A DNA stretch of 64,000 nt from Marsupella aquatica (lineage: Eukaryota > Plantae > Marchantiophyta). Of the stretch, positions 22,078-33,652 are shown in pieces. The notes beneath the pieces were generated by a model that was not told the origin of the DNA, ran no database searches, and saw nothing but the letters and a program-made list of their open reading frames with translations. Location: contig OZ316891.1 in assembly GCA_973895155.1 (NCBI GenBank), positions 16,705,651-16,769,650 of the forward strand, given 5' to 3'. The number at the start of each line of letters is the position of its first letter. Positions within the stretch are counted from its first letter, which is position 1. The position numbers were made by a program, and so were the translations under genes.

Positions 22078-24289
22078 ATGCCACATCCAGCTTATCTGCC
22101 TCTCAATATCAACTTTGATGCTGTGAAAGTGTCCATGGAAGACCCAGAGGAGGTGGAGAGGGTTCAAATAGCTTTGCGGTCAACTCATTCATTGGTTGAT
22201 GCTTTCAATCAGAGTTGGAAATTCATGGGAGGAACTGGGACAAAGGAGTCACAATTTTTGGAATACCTTTAGAACATAGAAGAGAACGCTCCGGCATCAG
22301 ATATTGAGCCCGACATTCAAGCTGCGGAGTTTGTGGGGACCTTGGGGGGCATCAGTTGATCCTCTTCCTTCCTTCTCGTCCTTACTGGATGACGTGTGGG
22401 ACGATCCCTCGTTCCCTGGGATGGAGCCGGATTCACAACCACCCTCTGTTACTCCCATCAAGAGCCAAGTGAGGATTTAGAGATATGAGCCTGACGATGA
22501 TAGCAGAGAGTTAAGGACACACAGAAGGCGACATTGTTCCCATTCTTTGAGTAGCAATAGTAGCATTGAGAGGAGACAAAAGAAGGGGAAGGGAAAGGAG
22601 CGCAGAGAGAGAGACAGCAACAACAAACACAAGAGAAAAAGGGCTGATAGAGATTCAAGGGTGGACAGAGATAGGAGAGGTCAAAGGTCACCTCGACATT
22701 CACATTCAATGGGAGGAGGTCATCGGCAAGCTTCTCCTCAGCAAACCGTTGCTACTCCTGCCAGCAAAGAACAACTGTCGGTAATCAGCCTAGCTGCTTT
22801 TGATGCAAAGCCAGAGGTGCTTGATGAGAAGGCACTAACAAATTGAGTGCAGGTCTGTTGTACGAAACACTTCCCCGGGTGGACGACTTGGAAGGACCTG
22901 GTGCACAATACAAAGAAGTTTCAAGTACTCCTCAATGACATAGAGGCCGGATTCAAGAATGACAGAGAGATTGATTTTTGACACATCAGGCAGAAGATTG
23001 TGAGTTTCCTTGCTGACAAAAGATTCAGGTGGAGAAGCAAGGTCCGAGCAATGAAATGCAAGCAAACAGGGCAGTACCGTAAGCCTGAAGGGATGACTGA
23101 GTCGGACTTCAATTTGATAGTGTCTGAACTTGAAGCACCCCCAAACACCCTAGTAGGAAAACGAGTGCACATGGGTGACAAAGCCACTGCAGCTTGAAAG
23201 AATAGCGGACGCCTTCTAATAACCAATTTTTGGGGCCGGGCAAGGAGGATGGCGAGGGTTCCTCACAACCTATGTAAGTCTCAGACCCAACTTCCATGTT
23301 TTCATTTGGCTGCTCCGGTGTAAACCATAGTCTAACGTCATGCTTTGAAATTACGTCGCCTGATCCCTTAATAACGTCGCCCACAACAACGTTAACTTCA
23401 CTTTACAACTTATCCTGAGACGTACTTTACTCTTAATATTGTTATAGCGACGTTACATATACCCTAAATCTCTAAACGTCGTTAGAGCAACGTTACAGCA
23501 ACGTAAAATAGTTTAGCAATGCATGAAACGACGTTAATATCTATCTCGACAGGGTTCAATACGTACTGTCATATGACGTTCTTTGGTTTCTCGCAGAAAC
23601 ACAAGTTTGGAGTCGATGCCGAGCCATTGGAGGAGGAGCGACTGTACTCAAAACAGTACGGCCCGACAGTGCTATGGGCCAAGTTGGCCTCAGTCCCAAA
23701 GGATCACCGGGTAAGAGCTAAAGTGAATGCTAGGTTGTAGGTGACTTTAGGCCTACTTTGTGGACATGAACTGACCGGAATGCTATCATGCAGGTGGAGG
23801 ATTGGACTCCTCCGGAGGGCTTGGTGGCACGGCCCATCCCTGAGGATCACTTGCCAGCCAGGGTACTGCACGTGGAGGGTTTGCAGGAGGAGGCCCTAGT
23901 AGATTGCGGGCATGAAGGCCAGGCGACAGGCTAGGTCTTCTCGTGATCTATTCCCTGAGGCAGAGGATCATAGGGGGCATACTAGTGGCCAAGGCCGGAG
24001 GGAGAGAGAGAGAGCCAAGGGAGGGAGAGAGAGGGAGAGAGGGAGAGATAAGTCAGATAGACGGAGGGAGAGGAGGAGGAGGAGTGGTTTAGGGAGTGAT
24101 GGCACTACGGGACCTCCACACACGAAGGGGAGTAGGCCAATGACTACTCATAGGGCTGCGACACAGGCATATATGTTGTCCCCCACTACGACTAGCTTAG
24201 AGGAGGATGTCACCAGGTACGAGTTGCGCCCAAGAGGCGTACAACCCAGTTCTACACGGAGGTCTGGACGTGATACCAGCCAGACTTAG
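22078..24289 (+). pseudogene. Probable CACTA TnpA-like second gene, multi-exon and degenerate
   Basis: Divergent from the transposase inside the element. Segment WTTWKDL...FLADKRFRWRSK...RKPEGMTESDFNLIV resembles TnpA/Ptta-type proteins. ACGT-rich intron ~23275-23596. Confidence 0.5.
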
Positions 24290-25859
24290 CGTCACTAGGG
24301 TATAGCCTATTTTACTTGTTGGACTTCATCCTCCATTTTGTACATCTTTGGCCCATAACAATATTATCTAATATGACACACTTTTCTCGGATTACAGCGT
24401 CTATACTATATGCATCTTGAATGTGTATGATCCCTAAACCCCAACCGCCCACCAAAATAAAACTCACCCCAATGTAGACTTGAAGCGTGTTTATAACCTA
24501 CAATAACGTTGTACGGCAGGGTCCGGGTGTCCATAATGTACCAAGGTCTGAGCCTCGTTTTTTCATTCACGTCGTTAGACCCATTAAACTTACGTCTTCT
24601 ACTTAGACATAATATACATTAACGTCTACAAATGAACTGTACTTTACCACACTTATAACAAGGTAACACTCTTATGTCGTCTAAAGCTATGTATTGCACG
24701 TCGTTAAAGACTATGCTTTCAGGTTACTTAGTTTCCGACAAGGCAACGGGCGTCGTTTGAGACGTCGTTAAGAATGTCTTTACGTCTTGTCAGACGACGT
24801 TACCTTAAGAAGGACATCTACATTAGCTCTGAACTGTAACGATGTACTAGACATCGTGAACATGCATAACCAAGTTTCTTGCGAGGCAACAAGCGTCATA
24901 TGAGACAACGTTAAGTACATCATCAATGACAACGTAGTTAACGTTGCCACATTGACGTCGAGGATACCGTCTTTGCGTTTATAGGTTCATACGTCGCGAT
25001 TAGCCTGTTGTAAGGCAACGTTAAGTTGGCTGAAAATTTAGTTGTGAGAGATTGAGAGAACATGGGTTGAAACTCCATCCTGGCAAGTGTAAATTCTTCC
25101 AAGACCAGACTGAGTATTTGGGCCACACTATCTACCCAAGGGGATTGGGTGTGTAGCAGACCAAGGTACAGAGGCCATTACATAGATTCCTCGTCCTACT
25201 AATGTGAGTAGAGTTTGTGCATTCTTGGGATTGGCGAGCTACTACAAGAGATACGTTAAAGGATTTAGCCAGCTTGCTAAACCTTAACCATACTCACTAA
25301 GTTGGATCAGGAGTGGATTTGGGGTGATGACCAGGAGCATGCCTTTCAAGAGTTGAAAGAAAGATGGGCATCATCCCCTATTTTGAGAAGACCCATTCGA
25401 GGGAGACCAGCTACACACTGATTGGAGTGAAGTAGGACTTGGAGCAATGCTGACTCAGAAGGATGATGAGGGGAATGAGTTTTCCAGTAGATCAAACAAT
25501 TCAGCAAAGGCTAAGTATAGCTCTTATGAGGGAGAGTATTTGGCAGCAGTGTGGGCTGTTGCACACTTTTGTTGTTACTTGTTTGGTAACCCCTTCACCT
25601 TGATCACTGATAATCAGCCTCTCAAGTGGTTAATGGAGTCTAACAAGCTTACAGGGAAGCTTGTTCGATGGACATTGTTGTTACAGGAGTATGATTTCCA
25701 GGTTGTGCATAGGCTTGGAAAAGTGAACTTAGATGCAGATGGATTGAGCCGCAATCCATGTACCAGTCAAGAGGATAAGATTGGAGCCAAATGGCATGAT
25801 GAGTCAGATAAGGATTGGTGTCAGGATGACATGCATCTGCCTTCCTTTGTTGGGAGTCA

Positions 25860-27332
25860 TGAAACTCAACTACATTAATACTTAGCTCCGGCGTCGCTAA
25901 CTTTGATGCCGAGCTCCCTTATGGTCCAGGCCCAGATAGGCCAGCCCGGGAGGACGTAGCATGGGGAAGACTTGTGGGCAACAAGACGTGGCACTAGCGA
26001 AGGCAAGGAGCCAAGCTGGTGACTCACACTAAGGACTTGGACTAGCTGAGAGCTGGTTGGGTCAAGGGGCAACAGGTCGGGCTCAAGGACGACCGTCCGG
26101 ACCTCCGGATGGACTTTGAGTTCTGAGGGTTTGAGTGTCATCTCCTCTTCGGCCCAAGGCCAATGGAGTTGATGCCATGGGCAACGGACGCTTGGGGAGC
26201 AAGTTATGGCCCGATCCGAGTTGGGCCAGTTAGGGGCCCCAAGCAACGATGAGGCTTGAGGGCCTAGGCGTGAGCACCGGGTTGGCCCAATCACAACGGG
26301 CTAAGGCACTCCGCTTGCGGATGCCTAACGAGAAAGTTATGGGCGTTGCCAGTTGGTGGCGCGCCCATTATGCGCGATAGGATCCGGGTTGGGGGCCAAA
26401 TGTTTAGGGACCAAAGCTGATCCGGGGGTGGCAGGTCTCTAGAAGCATATATGAGGGGAGTGGTGTCTCCTTGGGGGCTAAGGGCGAGCCAAAGTCGTGA
26501 GTCGCGGCGGTCGTGATACTAAGGAAAAATGTCAAACAGAAACGATGATATCTTCCCAATGGGAAGTCCGTTGGAGGACTTCTTGGGTGCGTTGGAAAGC
26601 TCTCAAGGAGGGCTACCTCCTCCTGAGCTCAGATGAGTCTGGGGGCTCCATGGGATCTTGAGGTTTGCGGGTGTTAACTCGCCCGCTTGCCAAATCCTGT
26701 CGAACAGCAATCAAGTTGCGTTCAATCTGCCAAAGGAGCTTGCGTTGGGGAGGCAAGGCCAAGTAGGTGTGGAGTTTGAGTTCCAAGGGTGCTTGGCCCC
26801 TAGACCATCAGTGGGGAAAACCTGGAGTTGGTTGCTAGAGTCGGGGCCAATGCTTGTCTCGACGTGTTGGGACAAGCTTTACGACAAGCTAAGCTATTTG
26901 GGCCATGAGCATGTTCTGGGGTCAGGGCGGTCAGTTGGTGATGGATAGGTACGAGGGGGAACCCGGGCCGCACCCAAGGAAGGAGCTGTTCTGGACAAAT
27001 AGTGGACATGGGTTTTGGTTCCAGCTTATGGCATCAAGAGGACCTATTGCTGACCTATTTACCAATGTTTGTTGAGCTTGAGTTAGGATGCTAGACTTGG
27101 CAAGTTCTAGATCCTAAAGGGTTGCTTGTGCAGACAGTGAGGACCGTTGAGTAGCGGTTGTATTGGAGAGCAAGTGCGACTTTGTATGGGAGGGGCCGCT
27201 AGCGGTGCAAAGGGCACTAGGTTGCTTGCTCGAGGTATTTCTGTGGAGGCGTTCGGGCACCAAGGGCACTTAGGCGTGAGTGCTGGGATTGGTGAGGGCG
27301 CTAGGTGGCAAGGTCCACCACTTTGGGTTCCA
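25860..27332. mobile_element. ~1.5-kb GC-rich LTR-like insertion between RNase H and integrase (ends approximate)
   Basis: Breaks pol colinearity and contains LTR-typical cataacttt/ttggaaag motifs. Candidate TGAAAC...GTTCCA ends, but no clean TSD. Confidence 0.45.
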
Positions 27333-28534
27333 GCATGCAATGGATTTGTGGACTCTACTTCATTGGATGAAGTAGATGATGAGTCTACAGATATGGATGT
27401 TGGTGAGGTTGTGATTGGACAGCAAGATATTCACAACGATGAGAGAGTGTTGGAATACCTGTGCACTGGTTCTATTGGTGGCAGTGTTGATGCCAAGGAG
27501 CGTGACAGGGTTCTGCAAAGAGCCAAGAGGTGTTGATGGGAAGGAAACCATCTTTTGAGAGTACTACGTGATGGTAAGGTATTGGTGGTACCAAAACCAT
27601 CACAACGAGTACATTTGGTGCAACATGCGCACAAGGAGTTGGGTCACTTTGGTGTGAAGCACACTTATAGTTTGCTGTAGACACAGTATTGGTGGCGTGG
27701 TATGCACACTCATGTCCAATAATTGATAGCTAAGTGTGTGGTATGTGATCGAGTGAGAGCATCCTTCAATGCTCCCACTCCCCAGTTGCATCCATTGCCG
27801 ATCATGGGTTTGGGGTATAGATGGAGTTTGGACTTTGCTGGTCCATTACCTCTTACCCAACAACATAATCGGTATATTTTGGTTATGGTGGAGCACTTTT
27901 GCAAATGGAATGAGCTAGTAGCGTTGCCAGATAAAGCTAGTGGAGGAGTTGCTGCCACATTTTTGGATCGTGTACTCAGTCATTTTGGAGCACTAGCTGA
28001 GGTGTTGACTGATCAGGGAACTAAGTTCTGTGGAGAGTTTGAGAGTTTGTGCGAGCAAGCTCTGATTGATCATTGTACTACTTCTCGTGACCATCCTGAG
28101 GCAGCTGGATTGGCTGAGAGAGTAGTACAAATTGTGAAGAGAGGATTACGCAAGTATGGCTTGCAAGTTGGTCATCTGGGAGATTGGGATCTCCAATTAC
28201 CTTGGTTAGCTATGGGCTACTGTTTCAATCGGCAAGCATCACTTGCATCCTTCTCACCTTATTTCTTGCTCTATGGTAGAGAGCTAGATTTGCCAGCAAC
28301 TATTTGTCATGATACTGCATCGGTTATGAACATGGATAATCTTGATGTTTGGGTCAAGGTTTGTTCAAAGAGGGCAAGGATTTTTCAGAGAGTCATGCCC
28401 ATGGCCTTTGACAACCTTGCCATTGCCCAACATCGTGATACTTTGCAGTATGCCACTATTTGTGGAGGAGGTTATCGTGCACGGATTCGGCAATTTCATC
28501 CCGATGATTATGTTTATTTGCAGTTGATAGCACT

Positions 28535-31500
28535 TGTGATGCCTTGCCAAGATCACAAAGTACCTAGTTAAGCCTAAAATAATGGGTAAATAAAAATTAG
28601 TTAGATAGTATAAGGTACAAATAAAAACCTAAGCCGATTACAACGCGTCGCGGGGAGGGATGCGATAGGATCAGATCCAACGGTTGTGATTAAGCGGTAT
28701 TAGGGTTATGAGAGAATTGAGTCGTTGGAATTTGCGAGGTGATTAAGAACACTGGGCAACCGGTTTGGGAGTTGCAGGGTCACACTTTGGCTTGGACCAA
28801 GGAGGCCATTCTTGGAGAGTTTTTAGGGACTAAAAAGATGAAGCAGAAGGGTAGTTCAGCGTCTACAACACCAGCTAAGCGGAACCGGTCTGAGAGGCAG
28901 GCCAAGGTAGAAGTCGTGCCAGTTCGAGATAGGGCAGTAGAGGATAAGTTTATGGCGGGTTGGGCGGATAGGCTACCTGCCGACTTACAATTGCAGTTTG
29001 CACAAGAAGAAGATGAGGTCTTCTATGCTATCCAGGATAACAAGTATTCTGGATACATGAACAACACCGACTTAGAGGGATTCATCCGGTTGCTGTGGCG
29101 GTTAATTGACATACCAGACAAAGATCTATTAGACTTCGTGGGATGCTGGGAGGCTTCTTCTAACACGATGCTGATGTATGGGAAGGTGGTGGAATTAACG
29201 CCAGCACTAATTGAAGCCGTCTTTGCTCTTCCACAAGGGAATAAAACTAAGGTGGAACAGCGAAAGATATTGTCGGATAACCAATTCCAATCATTTCCAG
29301 GACCCTCTACTAAGAATGGGTTCTTTAGAAATCAATGCACTAATCCACATGTGGGGTAGTTGATTAATTTCTTAAGAGTCACGCTACACTGTACATTGTC
29401 GAGAGCAGAGATCGGCAAGGCCCAAGTATTTTTGGTGGAGAATATCGATTCAAGCCGAGACTACAACGGCTATCTCTTAATGTAGTTAAAGAAGGCATTA
29501 AATGAAGAGAAGCAGAGTATTGGGGAAGGAGTGGTACCTAGACTAGGGTACCATCTGCAATTACTTTGCCGATTTGCAAGAAGCCAGTCTTTTGCACCCG
29601 TGCTACCACTACAAGAATGGATGCCAATCACAGCACCCTTGGAGGAGGACAAGGAGCCCCTGAACAAACAACGGCAAGAGAAGCGGCCGACAATACAGCC
29701 CGCAATACAGGCATTCAGGGATGGGAGAATTCCCCTCTCAAGGAACCAGAGGTGGTAACATATGATGTGGTGAGAAATCTGTTGCGACAACCTACTCGTA
29801 ATAATCCATATGCAGGTATTCAACTGGTAGAGAGGAAGATGACTGCCAAAGAAAGAAAGAAACGGGATGAGCAAATGGATTTGGGGTCAAAAGATGGAAG
29901 CTGAGGCCAAAGTCAAGAGAGGCCAGTCCTTAGAGCTTCTAGCCGGGCCCAAGTGGAGGTAAATCAACCAGTGGCAGCCCAACAATACTCAGAGGAGGAG
30001 ATTGGGGGCTTTGCAGAAGAGGCTGGCATACTCGATAGTCAGGTTAATGTGGATGACTACAACGATGATTATGTTGATCATGGGGAGAGGCCGGTGCTAG
30101 GTGTGAGAACGTTGGGAAGGTTTTGTAGAAGACTTTCCTCAATATTTTATGGCAAGCCGGAGGATCAAAAAACCCCAGAGTCTCTGCCACCGGATGTGAC
30201 ACCATTGGAATTTGACCGGATGAAGGAGGCCGAGGCAGGTCTGAAGGAGAAAATTGCCAAGTGAAAGGTCCAAAATGACAAACAAGAACGGCAGCTACCA
30301 GGTGGTGATTGGCCGAAGGAAATCAAATGGCTTAGTGAGAAGCAGGCCGAGCCTCTCACTGACTTTGATCAATTACGGGCAGAAGCTTGGGAGAAACGGC
30401 CTCATTGGCAGATGCCAATATCACTTGGAAGGTCAAATTATGTGAGGGATCGGGCTAGGGAGTATGGAGACATGTGGACTGCTAGCCTTAGAAATCTTTG
30501 GCAATGAGTTAGAATCGGGACCATTTCTTAGAAAGGAAATGGCTGACCAAACAAGGCTGGAGGAGGCTATGACGTTGGAGCGATTAAAGAAAGAAGAAGT
30601 AATTGCTTGGCTTTGCTACATGGAAGCCAAAGTTGCTAAGACAAAGGTTGATCAACAAGCTCAAAAGGATCTCTTGGCTAAGCAGTAGGAATTGGAGGTG
30701 GCAAACAACCAATTGGAAAAATACCAATTGGAAAACTACCAATTGGACAACCAGCAGCTCAAGGAAAAATTGACGAAGGTACAGTTGGAGTTAGCCGATT
30801 CAAAGGAGGAAGTATAGGGTCTAAATTGGCAAGTTGAGAGGCTCAGAAAGATGGCTAACGACCAGGCCACCCAGAGCAAAAAGGCCTTGGCTAAAGCCCA
30901 AAGGAAGTATGACAAGCTACTCGACCGGTTGGAGGCCATGCGAGAGAAGCATGAGGATGCCATTTGTACAGAGGCCAATGATCACCTAAGCCAAGTCCAA
31001 CAGATACGCAAGGAGCTTTAGGAGGAGATAACCAAGACAAAGCAGGCATGGACGGATGAGGTCACAAAGCTGGAAACCATCAACGATTCCCAGAGAGCCG
31101 CTCTAGATAAGGAGTTTGAGACCGTGCAGATCTTAAACAAGGAACTAAAGACGGCCAAGGATGAGGCGCATCGGCTTAACGAGGAAGTTGAGGACTTATC
31201 TTAGGAGCCGGAGGAGGCCAAGGACAAGATGATCGGGTTGCAGAGGCGGGCAGATAATCAAACGGAGAAATTTTGAAAGTATGCCCAAGCAAGACATGGA
31301 TCACCGACTGGACGGTCTCCCGCTAGTGGTGTGGTAGCTGGGAATAGGGACATGCCAAAACCGACATCAATATTGTCAAGGGTAACTGAGGGTAAGGTAA
31401 TGCAGTTGGTTGCGGAATAGGCCAAGACATTCATTGGGCCAGCACGTACTTATGGGGTGCCTATCAAGGCCACTCCATAAGAGGTCGAAAGTATGGCCGC

Positions 31501-32726
31501 TCACATTTGTGGGACTGTTGCTACAAAGGCAACCGTAGTCAAGATAAGTAATGCGGATGAACTTGGAGTTGCGGTAATAGGTTCAGACACAGGTACCGCC
31601 ACCATGGACTATCGGAATGTGAAGCCATGGAAGATCGAGACAGAACATATTGGAGAGCAGGCTTGGATGGAGGAAGTGAAGGCCAACGCTATCCAAGTCG
31701 TTTCCCAGGAGGATGCTGCCGATGCCGAGGCCGTTAAACCAGGGCCCAAAGCCGGGGAAGCCAAAGGGATCAAGCCAGAGCCAATTGCAGGAGGAGATGC
31801 AAAGTCGAAAGATTCAGGCTCACCCCTGGTCATCTGACAATTAAGGAGGGCCAGTCGTTGGTTGGAAGGAGGACGTGGTGGTAGGAGAAGGGCTTGGGCC
31901 AGAAGGGCGCGGCCGTTGTAGGATGAGATAGGGCAAGTAGCGCCCTGTCGGCTTAGGTAGTATTAGGTGTTCGGTTCCCGTAGGGTTCCGGGTTAGTCAA
32001 GTTGTGTTTTGTGATCGTTAATTAGCAGGTTTATCGCGGTGGAAGGCCGTGATTTGTGGTTTTGATTTTCGCCGATTCCCTTGGATGCGCTGCAAGGATA
32101 AAAACTTGGGTAGCATGGCTCGAGGGGCTTTTTTCTAGTCAAGACTCTAGTGTAAATCAGTATTACTAGCATAGGAAGCTCTCGGCTAAATCTAGACCGT
32201 GGATTATCAGTAAACCACAAGTTCCCATGGATATCTATGCAATTGTTTGAATTGAGTTGGCCTTGTTGCCTAGTTCGCAGATTCTTGCCAATCATGGTGT
32301 TGTGTGTTATGATATTTGTTGCTTGATCGATTTGAGTTTGTTAGAGCGATACTGTGAGCTAATACGATCGCATTGTCTTGATTGAAGACTGCCAAACAAA
32401 ACTCTGAGAGAAAAGTGAGGATTGAGAGTGTTTTGTTGGTTAAAGTGTGTTTTGAGAAAAAAATTCAGCCGGCTTAAGAGATTGGGGTACATTCCGGGGA
32501 CGAAATACAAACATACCCGACAAAGTCAATTAAGGAATTAGGCGTCTCAGCAATACACAATTCACAAGCCTAGTGAAAGAATTGGTCCAACATAGTGTGG
32601 ATCAAAGAAGTAGACCATGTTTCCAAGCCGAATAGTAGCCAAACCACCATAAGCTGACCATAAGTAGTGGTTCATAGCCGGTTGCGGATGGTTCTTGGGG
32701 TTAGAGGTGTTGGGAAACGCACCACA
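28535..32726 (+). mobile_element. 4.2-kb solo-LTR-like unit (TGTGATGC...GCACCACA) with degenerate ORFs, inserted in the integrase
   Basis: Flanks gcact/acacc fit an ancestral TSD gcacc (the Ala-Pro codons), and removing the unit restores the integrase frame. Internal ORF remnants at 28739-31837. Confidence 0.8.
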
Positions 32727-33240
32727 ACACCAACTACACTTGATGTGACTGCGGGTCGGACCATTTTACGTGTGCATAAAGTGCTATCTTTTGGTGTGTA
32801 GATGTTGGAAGGGCGTGATGGTATGGTTTGGAAGGATCATGTGCGCAACTGTGCACCATGGCATCTTCCAAACATTGATGGTACAATGGATCCAAGCTTA
32901 GCACATGTTCGTGCTAGCTTGAAGTGTATTTTGTGTGGATCTGCTCAGGGAGCAACTACTATGTTGATTTGTGATAAGTGTTCTAGAGGATGGCACATGT
33001 CATGTTTGACACCATCATTGCAGGTGATTCCTAGTGGATCATGGTTGTGTCCTCAGTGTCGGTGAAGCCAACTAGTTATCCTTTGTGTTCTCTTGGTAGA
33101 TATGGATTGTAGAGAGGTGATTGATGGGGCTCACTTGCATCCGGCCTCCTGATCTTCACACCTAAAAAGGTGTATATCAACCTTGTAGAACTCATGGCTA
33201 GCTAGAGTTAGGGGACCTTACTCCCAACTACGGGGGCGAT

Positions 33241-33337
33241 TGTGGGTTTTGGACATGTATGGACATGAGTTCCACTTGTATTCCATTTTCTTGTGTTTGT
33301 GATGTGGCAGTGTGACTATGTCTGGATGTATGTGACA
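33241..33337 (+). repeat. Candidate short 3' LTR of the PHD-Gypsy element
   Basis: G-rich tract (cgggggcgat) followed by TGTGGG...TGTGACA. No 5' LTR is available in the window to confirm it. Confidence 0.3.
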
Positions 33338-33652
33338 AGCGATGAGCGTTTTCACAAGAAGAGATAAGATGTAGATTTCCTTTTAAGATAGTCTTGGAAA
33401 CAGAGAGTCATTGACATGCAAGAGCAAAGGAACTGGGGAGTCCAATCATCAACGAGTTGTTTTCCTTGCAATGGATAATCCAAGTTGCGAGGAAGCTGAC
33501 CTCTCATCCCAGATCGAGCATCCTCGATGAGACAAAAGTTAGAGAGGAACCCAAGGAAGAGTCCTTCCTCTCAACACTAGAAGTTTGTCCTCTATTTTTG
33601 GCAATGAGTCTTGAGAAACAGAAACTTTTGTGATTCAAAATTGACATTTCCT

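Larger units (their letters stand above)
1..25046 (-). mobile_element. CACTA/EnSpm-type DNA transposon (left end outside window) with TnpD-like, SET-domain and TnpA-like genes; contains nested insertions
   Basis: Transposase exons at 665-3757 and 15543-16345. ACGT-rich subterminal repeats at 24570-25025. Sequence ends ...TAGTTGTG (reverse complement CACAACTA) at 25046, exactly where a Gypsy RT frame (ERLREHGLKLHPGKCKFF) resumes. Confidence 0.7.
25047..33065 (+). pseudogene. Ty3/Gypsy pol (RT C-terminus, RNase H, integrase, C-terminal PHD finger), interrupted by two insertions
   Basis: GLKLHPGKCKFF; VCAFLGLASYYKRY; TDWS...GLGAMLTQ; SYEGE..AAVWAV; TDNQPLKWL; AHKELGHFG...CVVC; WSLDFAGPL; LTDQGTKF; GLAERVVQ; after 32727 PTTLDVTAGR...CILC...ICDKCSRGWHMSCL...WLCPQC. 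Confidence 0.9.
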
